Part shown: one piece after another, positions 10,395 to 23,170 of the stretch
Position numbering within the stretch: position 1 is the first letter of the stretch
How the letters are laid out: every line of letters begins with the position of its first letter
Assembly (NCBI RefSeq): GCF_018977255.1
Contig: NW_024704742.1
Span: 8,992,001 to 9,056,000, forward strand
Direction: 5' to 3'
Source of the DNA: Callorhinchus milii
Lineage: Eukaryota
DNA: 64,000 bases
Program-made: the position numbers and the translations under genes
Notes under the pieces: model-generated
The model's input: only the letters and a program-made list of their open reading frames with translations
Databases searched by the model: none
What the model was told of the DNA's origin: nothing

Positions 10395-10737
10395 AGTATT
10401 ACTTGCATTTGATATAGCGCCTTATCACGTCTTCAAGACGTCTCAAAGCACTTCACAGAATATACAGTACAGTGAATTGACTATATATTTTGAGAGCAAA
10501 AGGCAGCAGCCAATTCCACACAACAGTGTCCCGTGACCAATTTATTATTTTTTTTAAGGAATTATTACACCCGGAAAAGTGATCTGCCAATTGACTAACC
10601 ATTGGGTTCCTACTTACTGTTAGGTAAACGGGTGTGTGGAGTAAGGAAAGTTGCCCAATATTTTGCCCTGCCGGGAATTGAACCCAGTCTCTCGCTTGCC
10701 AGGCGAGTTCTCTAACTAACAACTGAGCTACAGGACT
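10395..10737 (-). mobile_element. SINE subfamily A
   Basis: Reverse complement of the 9491 family from head to tail. Confidence 0.9.
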
Positions 10738-11917
10738 GTATGGTTCATGATACAGTAATGAGCTAAATATTGACAGCACATGGCAATCCCGATAGAGTGC
10801 AGTCAACCTCAGATGCCCTTAAAATGAAGAGCGCAAAATGTCTGTCTCCTGGGTTGTTGGTTAGCCAATGATGTGATTACCGCATAAAGTGACGTTATCG
10901 GTGTTTCTTGCACATAGCATGCAAGAGTGGTCTCAGCAGCCACTTGATGATCAGCTCTAAGCATGAGAAGCTGGACAGTCCATGCTGGAAGCTGAAAGTT
11001 TGTTGCATTTCCGTTAACTGCAGGGCGCAATAAATGGGGATCTGCTTTCTTGCTGTTTCCCTGTAGCTTTTATTTCAATGCTAAATGCCACATTAAACCG
11101 AGGCCCATCAGGTGGACTTTAAAGATCCTGTGGGACTATTCACAAAGAAAAAGCAGTTTCTCCCGGGGCCCTGGCTAACAATAACGCAGATTTAAAAATA
11201 AAAAGGGACTTTGTGGCTGTTTGTGGACATTGCTGTGTGCAAACATCGGCTGAGCTACTATAATACCAGAGTCAGGGCAGTGAGAGGCAGATACAATGGC
11301 ACAGACTTGCCAACATCGGGGCACCTCGGGGAAGGAGCAGCCTAAGGTGAGTGTAACAGTCACAGTGAACCTCCAGTCACTAGGAGGAGGCCTTCCCCAA
11401 ATCAGTGTGTCCAGGCAAAGGGAACTCCCAGCGGTTATAAAAGCGGGTTCCCATGGGCAGCAGCGCTGGATCATCCAAGAATTCAGATGAGAGTTTGCGT
11501 CAGTGAGGCTGACCTCACCTATCACCCGTGTGATGGTTGTGTTTGTTTGATCACATGTTCTTGTCCACATTGTAAGATATGATGCCTGACAAGCTGCCTT
11601 TGTGCTCAGCCTTCCAGGGTTTCAAGCATCTCAATTTAAGAGATAAGCCACTTTGTGCACAATGTTACCGTAATTGGGAGCCTCTGTGCAACACAAATGA
11701 TTGGAGTGCAAGACAATGCTGGCTGCAGGCTTCTTCTGAAAGAATTCTATGCTTGTGGAGTTGGACTAACTAACAGCCCTATTGCTGTGCCTTTAACTAC
11801 CGCTACTCCCATTATCTAGGTCTGCTGATAATGTCTCAAACATGGTGTGCATTAACATGTAAATTCTTAGCAGCCTTTTTTTATTTAAAAAAAATCTCTT
11901 TTTTCTTCTGTCCGCAG

Positions 11918-12032
11918 GCCAACCACTGCTGACAACCTGAAAAGAGTGGACGGTGTACCTGAAGCAAAATCTAGTGTGTTGGCTCCTCTATTGGTTATCA
12001 TCAAGGGGTTTTGTGAGGCCAATGAGCTTGAG
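11918..12032 (+). CDS. WRN: WRN exon (approx. exon 31), HRDC C-half
   Basis: tccgcag|G...GAG|gttcgt, 115 nt, phase 2-0. (R)[38 protein letters not shown] vs human [39 protein letters not shown]. Confidence 0.96.
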
Positions 12033-12373
12033 GTTCGTTGTCAAAATAATCCTTTTCTTTCTCTTCCTCTCCTGTGGAAAGGTCAGTGACATGAAATGCA
12101 GGCAGTCATGCCCCACACAAGAATCTCATTAGAGACACAATATTAAAGGGAGCCTTTGCTTAGGTGTGGCTCTGCGTGCTTAACTTAAACACGCTTTAAT
12201 GATCAGCTATGAGATTAAAGTCCCGTTATAAAATTCATGTTCTCAGAGTGCTCCAAATATATTGCCACAGACTCCACCATCCCCTGAGAAAATTTGCAAT
12301 AAATAGCGAAAAGCTCAAATTAGACTTCTGTAAACACTGAACAAAATAGAGGATCACCATGAGCCAAATTATT

Positions 12374-12730
12374 AATAATAATCCTTGATTGATATAGTGC
12401 CTTATCATGTCTTTGAGACGTCTCAAAGAGCCTCACAGAATATACTGTAAAGTGAATTGACTGTATATTTGCGGCCGAATCGCGGCAACCAATTGTGCAC
12501 AGCAGTGTCCCACAAACAGTCATGGATTGAGTGACCAAATTATTATTATTTATTTATTTTGAGGGATTATTACCCCTGGAAAAGGGATCTGCCAATTGAC
12601 TAACAACCAGGTTCCTACTTACAGGCGTGTGGAGTAAGGAAAGGTCCCCAACGTTTTGCCCTGCTTGGGAATCCAACCCAGGTCCTCTCGCTTGTGAGAC
12701 GAGTGCTCTAACCACTGAGCTATAGGACTC
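12374..12730 (-). mobile_element. SINE subfamily A
   Basis: Full-length reverse copy. Confidence 0.9.
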
Positions 12731-12962
12731 CACAAATTGAGCCAAAAATCTATTTAACCGAGACAGGATCATCATCTCAAAAAGAGTACTTATTGGCTAA
12801 CATAAATTGCTTTCTGTTGCTTGCTTTAATTGACATTCACACCGTTTTTTCAGATACTTGTATACAATTTAAGATTTCACCAATTTCTGCGTTTATTTGA
12901 AACTTGTTTGTAGCAAAAATCACAGACTACATTGTATTCAATTCACACTCGTCTGTCCTCAG

Positions 12963-13076
12963 GCGGATATGTTTTCTCTCTCGAACCAAACTGCACAGCA
13001 AAAGACAACATGCAGACAAAGCTCTGGCAATAACTTGCTACCCGTGCTAGTCCATCTTGTCAACCACTCCACACCA
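12963..13076 (+). CDS. WRN: WRN exon (approx. exon 32), diverged
   Basis: gtcctcag|GCG...CCA|gtaaga, 114 nt, phase 0-0. ADMFSLSNQTAQQKTTCRQSSGNNLLPVLVHLVNHSTP; the start matches human TDLFSSTKPQEEQKTS, the second half does not match in this frame. Confidence 0.8.
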
Positions 13077-13504
13077 GTAAGAAAATACTATTTGTTTGTT
13101 TTCAGTCTTGTATTTTACTGCCTTATTATAGGAATATAGTAGCCTATTTTTGTTATGTTTTGTAATAATAAGCTGCTGTATCCAAGACATTCAGGTGTGG
13201 TGTCTAATTTGCAGTATGTCTTAAAACTATTTATAACAAATGTGTCATTGACAAATTTCTAAAACATTGAATGTAAAGAAGAGTGCATTTGTTGTTTGCA
13301 CATTTCTTGAGAACCTTCTGATAAATTGCAGCAAATTTGACCTATATAAAATACATATATACCCGATTGACACATTGTGGATAATAAAGCATCTGTTCAT
13401 CCTTGTAGAAGGCTTCAAGCATCTGCTTTTAACATTTTAGAGGGGGAAGTTTAGGTTCATGGAGTGAGGCTGTGTCACTCACTCGCTGTTTGTCAAACAC
13501 ACAG

Positions 13505-13601
13505 GCGTCTGGTTACCCTGTAGATGTGAAGCAAGCTGGTCTTGCTTGTCCGGTTCAGGAATCGAGGGTCAGCACTGTTCCCAATCCTCTGCTTAACTCA
13601 G
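13505..13601 (+). CDS. WRN: WRN exon (approx. exon 33), 5' boundary uncertain
   Basis: ASGYPVDVKQAGLACPVQESRVSTVPNPLLNS(D) vs human [33 protein letters not shown]; donor CAG|gtgaga, phase 1. The in-frame acceptor is aaacacacag|GCG at 13505. The upstream acceptor at 13441 is out of frame. Confidence 0.7.
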
Positions 13602-13991
13602 GTGAGAAACATTTCTTTCCGCTGTTTATTGGTTCCTTACTTTACAACAAAAATTTGACCCAGATGTCTTATCTGTGATTTTTATAAGAAAAATTCAAAA
13701 GCTGAATGTGTGCGATCCAGTTTGATGTATGTAAATAATAGCCAACATAGTTCAGGAAGATCTCAGGCTGGCCAATAATAATCCTTACACTTGATATAAT
13801 GTCTTATCACATCTTCGAGACGTCTCAAAGCGCTTCACACAATATACTGTGAGCTCATAGTCTGGGCTGGCACTTAAGTGTAGTGCTTAGCATATTCTTC
13901 AGATGTGGTTGTTTAAGATTCCATGACACTATCTGGAAAAGAAGGGCATTTCTCCCAGTGTCCAATGATCTGGACAACAAACCTCCAGATA

Positions 13992-14092
13992 AAAAACAGA
14001 AGTCGCTGGGAACACACAGCAGGCCAGGCAGCATCTATGGAGAGAAGAAAGTGAGTCAACATTTCAAATGACAGGACCTTTTGTCAAAACTC
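13992..14092. mobile_element. Half Penelope-type fold-back inserted in SINE remnants
   Basis: One arm of the 3238 element, flanked by TCCAGATA on both sides (13984-13991, 14094-14101). Confidence 0.65.
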
Positions 14093-14663
14093 TTCCAGAT
14101 ATTTCACCCGCAAAATATAGTCTTCACAGTATATTCTGTGAAGCGCTTTGAGACGTTGCAAAAACGTGATATAAGGCGCTATATCAAATGGAAGGATTAT
14201 TATTTATTATAGATAAATTAGTCATTCATTTCATGGTTGTTTGTGTGATAGTGTCACAGTCCAAGATTGTGTCACAGTCCAAGATACAAATTGTTAATAA
14301 TGGCACAGAAATATTAATGTGTTCACATTATCCCAGTAGGGGAGATGGACAAGGTATTGTGTGAAAACTGGCTGTTTTCCATTCACACGAGAGAATGTTT
14401 CAAAGTGCTGGAACCAGCAGGAGGTTAAAAATAGAAGAAAAAAAGATAAAAGTACTGAATGTATGGAACATCAACATCTAATCAATCTTAAGGAACTATC
14501 CATCCTCTTAACTAGAAAAGAGGGAGAAAATAAGGAACAGTCCAAGATACAAATTGTTAATAATGGCACAGAAATATTAATGTATCCAGATTATCCCAGT
14601 GGGAGAGATGGACAAGGTATTGATGGTCAGAATGCTTACCATTGGCTCGTATTGTGTCTGTAG

Positions 14664-14845
14664 ATATTAACAGCATGAACGTTGTTGACAAATGGAAAGC
14701 AAGCGAGGAAGGGGGAGAGCAGCAGAGCTGTAGCACAAAGCTACAGCTTCCCCAACAAATGCCTTCACTGTCCACAAGTGCACAGGAGCCACAGGAAAGT
14801 GAACCAGGCACAAAGGAGGAAGAACCTGACTGGATTGAAAAAACT
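14664..14845 (+). CDS. WRN: WRN exon (approx. exon 34), diverged
   Basis: gtctgtag|AT...ACT|gtgagc, 182 nt, phase 1-0, fits the preceding phase-1 donor. (D)INSMNVVDKWKASEEGGEQQSCSTKLQLPQQMPSLSTSAQEPQESEPGTKEEEPDWIEKT. Confidence 0.75.
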
Positions 14846-15179
14846 GTGAGCAATTTATTGAAGGCCGTTGCTTTTGTCTTGTGATCTAAACTAACTGGGT
14901 GCTCTCTGGCACACATTTACGTGACTTGTTTTTAAGCGGAAAACAATATTAGGAGCAATATTAACAAACATGCATGCAGCTTAACCTTTTTATACAATTA
15001 ATTGCAGATATGATCCTGTTAACACTGAGTTGCGATGTACAAACATTTGCTAAGTTGAGGTTAACTGGAAGGCACGTTTTGCATGATCCAGGACATTTAT
15101 TGAAATGCAGAGTTTTATTCCCTTTATCATTCAAAAATCTCAGCCAGCACTTCAGCCAAACTGAGTAAGATCACTTGTC

Positions 15180-15545
15180 CTTGTGTTGATCACCTCCCTC
15201 CTCTATTATTCAAATGCCCTCCTCACCGGTCTCCTCAGCTCCAGCATCCATAAATTCCAGCTGATGCCAAACTCTGCCGCACTAAACTCCATACCCCCAT
15301 CGCACCAGTTCTAGCCAGGCTTCACTGGCTCCCTATTGCTGAATGGATTCATTTCAAGATCCTCACACTCGTTTTCAAATCCCTTCATGCTCTGGCACCT
15401 CCCTCCCTCTCCGACCTGTTTACCCCCGCAACCCACAATCCATTATCCTGCTCGATTGGCTCTGGCTTCCTGCATGTACCTAGTGCCCTTGTTCCACCAT
15501 CGCTGGCCGCGCTTTCAGCCACTACACCCCGAAACTCTGGAACAC
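15180..15545 (+). mobile_element. L2 3' ORF2 fragment
   Basis: Degenerate ...LHWLP...FKIL-type L2 C-terminal coding sequence. Confidence 0.7.
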
Positions 15546-16285
15546 GCTGTAGAAATATAATTTGGTGTTGTATTTTATATCGTGTACCCTGAGAAGTGCT
15601 TGGAGATGTTCTCTCAATATGATAAGATGCTATATTACATGTAAGTATTATTATAAATGAAGACATGCCACCGAAAGAAAGAATGTGCCTTACTACCGAT
15701 GGCTGTTGAACAACAACAATAAAATTAAATTTATAGAGCGCCTTCCACGTCGGGAGGACGTGAAGCTCAGTCCATAACAGTACCAAAAAGGGAATTGATA
15801 AATACTTGAGAAAAACTATTAAACGGTATGGGGACAGAGTAGAGAAATGGTGTTGGGGTAAAGCAGAGAAAGGCGACCAGAGGGAGCAGACTGTTCCAAT
15901 GCAAGAGCTTTAAGCAGCACAGAGACCAAGGACCAAATAGGGAAAAGGGGTGAAAGATAGTGTGTTGGTTGACGGAGTCATAGACTATTGACTGCAGGTG
16001 GTAAAAGGCGCAAATCCATTTAGATTTGAAAACTTTATATTGAAACAGCTATTCTGCAGTGTTCCACCATTCTTTGAGAGGACACCATGGAACTAAAAAG
16101 CAAACTGTGTGTATTACTGACTGGACAATTTCCATTTATAGTCCTCCTAAGTGAGGCATCACTTCTATGAGATGCAGCTCTGCTTTGTATACACGTTTAT
16201 CACATGTAGCTCTATTTCAGCTGCATGTTTAATATTCCTGTCCAAGGCTGGGTTTGTTTGTCATGCCCTCTGTTGTCTAACAGTA

Positions 16286-16304
16286 TGCCAGTAGGTGGCA
16301 ATAG
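16286..16304 (+). promoter_or_regulatory. CTCF-like motif
   Basis: TGCCAGTAGGTGGCAATAG matches the CTCF core CCASYAGRKGGC; it lies in non-repetitive intronic sequence. Confidence 0.4.
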
Positions 16305-16934
16305 AATTCCAGAAATTGCTTTTTGTCAATCGTTTGGGTAATTTTAAAGTTATATTGATTTTTAATTTGACGCATTTGTATTTTAATAAGTGCACCATAT
16401 TTTGAAAAATACATAGTTTTGAGGTAGGACAAACATTTACTTGTGGTCCGTGTGTGTTCCAAACCATAAATTACCAAATTAAAAAATAAAAAATTATAAT
16501 TGCATTTGACACAGGGACTGACATTGTGAGCATGTCTCAAAGCACTTCACAAGATTTACTGTATTTTGTAGTGATCACGGCAGCCAATTTGCGCATAGCA
16601 ATGTCTCAAACAGCCATGAAGTGAATGACTAGTGCTTTCATCGGGTAAACTTTAATTATTTATTCAATTTGTTTCTGTGATTATCAACTTTATTACAACA
16701 AAAACTTGCATTTATAGAGTGCCCTTCATGTGGGGTGGCGTCTCGGAGCGCTTCAGTAAAAGTTAGTGCAGGAGAATGCAGCATGTTGGACGCCATCACT
16801 CACAGTGCAACTATAGGTTGTTTATCAACTGCATCAAACACCTACTTCACAAGATTTACTGTAAAACGTAGTGACAGTACATTACATTTTACAATAAATT
16901 CTGTGAAGGAGGATTCCTGACTGTCTTAATAAAA

Positions 16935-17303
16935 TAATATAATAATCCTTTTCATTTGATATTGTGCTTTATCACGTCTTCGAGACGTTTCAAAGTGCTT
17001 CACAGATTATACTGTAAAGTGAATTGTCTATATTTTGTGGGCAAAATGCGGCAGCCAATTGCATACAGCAGTGTCCTACAAGTAATCGTGGATTGATTGA
17101 CCTAATTATTATTTTTTTTAAGGAATTATTACCCCCGGAAAAGCGATCCTCCAAGTGACTAGCAACCGGGTTACTACTTACTGCCAGGTGTACAGAGGCG
17201 TGTGGAGTAAGGAAACTTGCCCAACGTTTCGCCCTGCCCAGGAATTGAACCCAGGTCTCTTGCTTGTGAGGCGAGTGCTCTAACCACTGAGCTATAGGAC
17301 TCC
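16935..17303 (-). mobile_element. SINE subfamily A
   Basis: Full-length reverse copy, followed by a ~60-bp L2 tail-only insertion at 17338-17399. Confidence 0.9.
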
Positions 17304-19147
17304 ACCATGTTCATAAACTGCTCCCTCAGTGTGTCACAGCGCCTTGGGACGTCCTTCCGACGTGAAAGGCGCTATACAAATGTAATCTTGTTGTTGTTGT
17401 CAGTGTGATCCTTGCCCCCTCTTCTCCAGGCAGCTTTATGGCCTCTCTGAGTGACATTCCCAAGTTGGTGCTCAAGTATAAGCAGTTTTACGCTAAAGAG
17501 TTGCATCACTAAGAATTGGTTGAGAATGCCCAAACAATAGATGTAGGACAGCTGGTGCAGAGTTCATTCATTCCATTGCATGTCAAGACTGGATTTGAAC
17601 CCTAGCACCAGGTATAAGCAATGTGCTTGTGACCCAGTTCCCTAACAAGTTGTGTTTTTGGTGATTAAAAATGAGGTTTGTAAGGCATTGTAAATAAGTT
17701 TCTTTCAGATGTCATACTTTGAATCGCAATAATATTCCGTTAGAACTATCTACATTATTTTAAAATAAATTTGTTCTTTTTAATGTAGCTTTATATCTCC
17801 AGGATCATATTCTGGGTAATGATTAGAAGTCACTACAGTAAATTCCAATAGGAAACTTTGCAAAGGTTTAAATACATAGAGTTTCAACACTTCGTACAGT
17901 CCAACACAGACGTCTGTTATTTCATCCGTTTTTTGGCATCAGTTGTGTTTGTTCTTTTGCCACAAATGTAAGAGAAACTATTTCCGTTTGCTGCTTGTGG
18001 GCACAAGAATTGGTTCTAGCTTTGCTAATTTATAGTATTTATCGTAAAATGTGTAAATGTATCCTATATCCTGGTTTTAAAATGGGCAGCTCTCTAGACA
18101 GGAAAGGTAGATTTATACCCCATACAAGGAAATGAGGGGAATACACAGCACAAGGCCAATGAGTCACTCAGACTTTGCTCGTGTACTTACTCTATGCTTC
18201 CTTACCACCATCCTTCTGAGACGAGGCAAAGAAGGTTAGGAATAAATTGATTAGTTATTGAAGCAATGTGTAGACATTACAGGCATCCACAGCATACCCA
18301 AGTCCTGCTTGCTAAACTCACTCCAGAACCAGTTGAAAACTGGATAAAGAACTACCACATATTACTAAAATGGAGAAGCTGGCTAGATGAGCTAAATGGG
18401 CTGCTCTCTCTCCTCCCCCCTCCCTTTGACTCGCCCCCTTCTCTCGCCTCCTTCCCAGTCTGCATTCCTCTTTGACTTTATTTTCCCCCTCAGCTCCCAC
18501 CCCCAGATCAGGTATAAACCGTAGACTTTTCAATTCCTGGTACATTCCACATTCCCCCACCCCACCCCACCGACGTGAAAGGCATTATATAAGGTAAATT
18601 TGTATTGTAAATTTTTGATGTTCCTAGATGTTCTGAGAACTTCAGATTATTGCCCACAACAAAAGCTTTTGTAGAATAAGGAATACACTTCATGTGACAA
18701 CAAATTGGTTTATTTCCACTGTGAACTATAAAACAATTTTGTTTGAGAAAACAATGATATATTTACTTTCTGGGTTTATAGTGTTAGACTGACACTCTTG
18801 AACACAGCTGGGGGTGTGATGTTCTGCATTTTGAGAAATGCTAAACCTCTGCCTGTTCAGGTGAATATTCATGATCCCATGGCACTATTCAAAAAGTGAA
18901 AGGAGTTTCTTTATGTGTCCTGGCCAACAATTCCCCAGGTAAAATAGCATTAACTCATGACTGTTCATGGGGCCTTGCTGATGCAAATGAGTGCCATATT
19001 TCCCTACAAAAGGTCACTGCACTCGAACTGTGATTACTCATGAAGCACTTTCATAGAATTCGGCCCATTGCGTCTGTGCCAGCTTTTCAACATGATAAGG
19101 CACTGGGAAGAATTTCTTTCCAATGAATGTGTAATTCCCCGATTATT

Positions 19148-19830
19148 CTTCCTCCTCCACATCCGGTCCCTCACCAGCACTGCCTTCTTTCACCTCCGAT
19201 GCATTGCCTGTCTCCGCAATACCTCTCCCCAAAAGCCGCTGAAACCCTGGTCCATGCCTTCGTCACCTCTCGGCTAGACTATTCAAGCGTCCTCCTCGCT
19301 GGCCTCCCATCCACTACCATCCATAAAATCCAACTCATTCAGATCTCTGCCGCCCGCATTCTCACCTGTACTAAACTCTGCTCCCCGATCACCCCAGTCC
19401 TTGCCAGCCTGCACTGGCTCCCTATCCCAGAGAGGATCGATTTCAAAATCCTCACCCTTGTATTCAAATCCCTGCACTCCTCTGCACCCCCTACCTCTCT
19501 GACCTCCTCTCTTCTCAGCCCAGTACCCATTGCCTTCGTTACTCCGGGTCTGGCCTCCTCCTTGTCCCCCGAGTCCTCCGCTCCACCCTCGGAGGCCGTG
19601 CCTTTAGCCACTACGCCCTGAGGCTCTGGAACTGCCTTCCTCACTCCCTTCATCTCGCTCCCTTCATCTTCATCTTCATCCCTTCCCATTTTCCGCTCTG
19701 TTGAAGTCCTTTCTTTTCAACCGCGCCTTTGATCAGCTTCCCACCCCTCCCCTGGCTCGGTTCCGGGATCCTAAACTGTGAGAAGCCGTCCGGCATAGAG
19801 GGCGCTATATAAATTCAAGTTGTTGTTGTT
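19148..19830 (+). mobile_element. L2 LINE 3' fragment
   Basis: AAETLVHAFVTSRLDYSSVLLAGLP...LHWLPIPERIDFKILTLVFKSLH, ending gggcgctatataaattcaag(TTG)n. Confidence 0.9.
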
Positions 19831-19900
19831 AATGTTTTGCATAGACAGCTGGTTCATGATTCTAGTACATTTGTGGCTTATAATTTGTATCTGCCTTCAG

Positions 19901-20026
19901 GGCAGTGCACCTACTGCTGAAAGCAGCCATAAAGGTCACCCCCACAGATCCGCTCTCGATCTAGCATCCTGGAACCAATTAGCTGATGCTTCTACACAAG
20001 ATCTATTTGATGATTCGCAGACAGAG
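19901..20026 (+). CDS. WRN: Probable WRN penultimate exon with no clear human counterpart
   Basis: ctgccttcag|GGC...GAG|gtgaga, 126 nt, phase 0-0, open frame GSAPTAESSHKGHPHRSALDLASWNQLADASTQDLFDDSQTE. It is unique sequence amid repeats. Confidence 0.72.
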
Positions 20027-22836
20027 GTGAGACATAATGCAAACACGTCTAATGTGATGTCAGTGTGCATGATATGTTTGTCGGAGAGAAATTGTCGGAG
20101 TGATTCAGGCTGTTGCACAAATTGTCTGTGTATTTTTTTNGTCCATGTTTCTATAATCACGGGAGCCAATTAGGGTTAGGCTAGGCCACATTTCGTAAAT
20201 ACATAAAAAAAGTTAGGAATTTTTCTAGTAATGAGTCGACTGCACTGTTGAGTAAGGCCTCAAGCAGTGCTTTCAAGCCTATTTGATGTGATGAATATTA
20301 CACAAATGGCGAATTTCATCATACAGTAACATTTGCATTTATATAGAGCCTTTCACTGACCGGGCACCAAGCTAGGTGGAGGGGGGGGTGTTTGTGAAAT
20401 GACTGAAAACATCAATTGGACCTGTAACTGGTCAGGCTCTCGCTGAACACCACACTGGGCTTTAAAGGTGAAGAGGGAGGAGGCAAATTGAAGGGACTTT
20501 GGGTTGGCGTTCCATCGACAACAATAACAACCTGCCTTTGTAGGTTTCTTCAGGCAGGATAGTGTCTCGAAACACTGCATCTATTGATAGAAAATGTGTT
20601 AGAAGTCTACAAGCTAATAATAGAACAAATATAGTGGGCTACTTGGTCACGAGTCTTTCAATACAGTAACTTTCATACAACAAAAATCATTTTGCTGTTC
20701 CCTAATTCACAAGCTGAGCCCCCTGGCTTCGTCACACTGTTTAAACAGCCAGATGACTGCTGCCGTGATTCCAGTGGTGTCCAGAGTGAAGTTACACATC
20801 CAGTGGACAGTTGGCATTCTAGCTGAACGCCATAGAAATGAGGAAAACTATCGGATTGTGATAGCTTGTCAATATAATAAAAATAAAGGTTCTTTAAGGT
20901 ATTACAATTCTACCAGAATCGGGCAACAGTTGATGATTGGCCATCTAGTATCCATCCAATTTCACAATAATATTCCTTCAATGTATCTTCCTCTAAATCT
21001 GATAACCCAGAAGCTGTTGAGTTGACAAAAGTTCCCTTTTGAAACCCTTTTCAGTTTTGTGTTCACACGTGTATCATCTTTTATTTTTTAAAAAAAGGCC
21101 TCCTGCATTCTCTATTCTCTTTTGTTGTCCTTATTTATCACACCGATGGTTCAATTGATGGATGGAGCCAGTGTCTCTAGTAATATGATACATATGCATT
21201 TACAATATATTACCAAATATACCAGGAGAAAGCAAATGGTTTAATAGAAAAGGTTTAACTCCATTTTTACACCATTAATCCAACATCAAACTCCAAATTT
21301 GGGCAAGAGATTCTGAATACCTTAAGGGAAATGTCTTTTCTCTACCCCTCTCATGGACTAATCTGCCTTCCTGTAGGGACCTGCCTTTTTTGAGCCAAGT
21401 AAGTAGCTGTTCTGAGGATGTGGTTGGCAGGTGAGGAGACGGTTTATTCACTAACATGAATGTTTCAGTTGGCCTGGATGTTGATCTGTGGCACAAAGCC
21501 AGAAAAGAATGGTGCTACTGGCTAAATATAATAAAAAATAATAATCTTTGCATTTGATATAGCGCCTTATCACGTCTTTGAGATATCTCAATAGAATATA
21601 CTGTAAAGTGTAGTGACTGTGTATTTTGTGGGCAAAAGTATATGGCAGTACCATCTGATATTACACATCCTGGCCTGGACACTTTCAGATCATCCATGCC
21701 ATCGTGTCAGTTGACTTTACTGTCAGTGATTCAAACTCCAGGCACATCTCAGAAAATGTCGTTGGGGAATTTAGATGTTTATCTAAAACACAAATTATAG
21801 GGTGGGGGGTGAGGGGAGGTGAAGGGAAGGCTCAGTGGAAGGAAAAAATTGTCACTCTATTGAGATTTAAACGATTTCTACTCCTACCAGGAAATCCTTA
21901 AAATAATTTGTTAATAGTTGAAGAATTTAGAAACAATATTTGTTGGGAAATAGTTTATACTGAAGGTACCTCCTCCAGGTTTTCCTTCACTTTTTGGTTT
22001 GTTTTGAAAGCCGTGAGTCACTACTTTGTACACATGAACTGAATCTATTCAGTTACTGCACTTGAGTGGCTAAGAAAAGTGATGTCGATTTAGATACTGA
22101 CAAACGGAAAGAAATGAAAAAGCATAAAAATGCACATTCATTATAATAATAATCCTTGCATTTGATATAGTGCCTTTTACATTGGGATGGCATCTCTAAG
22201 TGCTTCACAAAATATACTGTAAACTGAAGTGACTGTGTGTTTTGTGGTAAGTGACTGGAAGTGGCAGCTCTGGGCTCTGGTATTTTCATCAGATGATCCA
22301 AACTGCAATAGTTATTGTTCCACAATAAATGTTGAGTCACTGAAGATCTTACATACACTTTGACATATAGAAGCAACAACAAGGTACACATACATAGAGC
22401 CTGAAGGACAATGTTAGGGAACTATCCACAGTCAGTCTTTGTACTAAACTCATGGCAGAGTTGAAGTTCAAGGCCCTGTGACAGCTACAACTGAGCTAAG
22501 AACATTAATCTGCCAGCAGTCACTAGCCAAGGCCATCAACTGTAGTAGAGTGAGTGTATGCAAAGGCTCAGTCACAATGACAAAAGGGACGTCTATCAGG
22601 ATAGCGGCCTATTGAGAGGACTGCTTACATTTTATCCAAACGCTTGGGAATCTATCTCTCGTATATCTGAAGTAATACTGGATCTTTAACTTTCTCGGTA
22701 GTGCAGTCTGCATTCTCACAACCCTTTGCAGAAAGCACTGCAATGTATATATCTATATCAAATACAAGGATTATTATTATCTAGATTCACTATTTGTTTC
22801 TAACCTCCAATTTAAATGTGGTATTCCCTTGATTTC

Positions 22837-23170
22837 ATAGAAATAGGAGTAGGCAATTCAGCCCCTTGAGCCTGTTCCTCCATTCTATAAGATCATGGCT
22901 GATCTGTGCCTCAAGTCGAATTATCCACCCTTGCCCCCTATCCCTTTATACCCTGACCTAACAAATACCTACCCACCGCAGTCTTGAAGGTGTGAAGGGG
23001 TCCAGCATCCACAGACTTGAGGGAGTGAGTTTCAGATTTCCTTGACCCTTTGGATGAAAAACTGCCTCCTGATTTCACTCCTAAATGGCCTAATTTTAAG
23101 ATGATGTCATACTTGTTCTGCATTTCCCCAACAGAGGAAATAGTTTCTCTGTATCTACCCTATCGAATCT
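22837..23170 (-). mobile_element. CR1 3' fragment
   Basis: catagaaataggagtagg...ccccttgagcctg...gatcatggctgatctg, the reverse CR1 tail, with ORF2 C-terminal remnant. Confidence 0.8.

Noticed and set aside
13409..13504. Alternative upstream acceptors for WRN exon 33 (13409, 13441, 13443, 13455)
   Set aside because: 13409 runs into TAA at 13430, and the others are out of frame with the phase-0 donor at 13076. They are kept only as part of the frameshift finding.
20140..20140. Single N
   Set aside because: Assembly ambiguity in an intronic T-run; no biological meaning.
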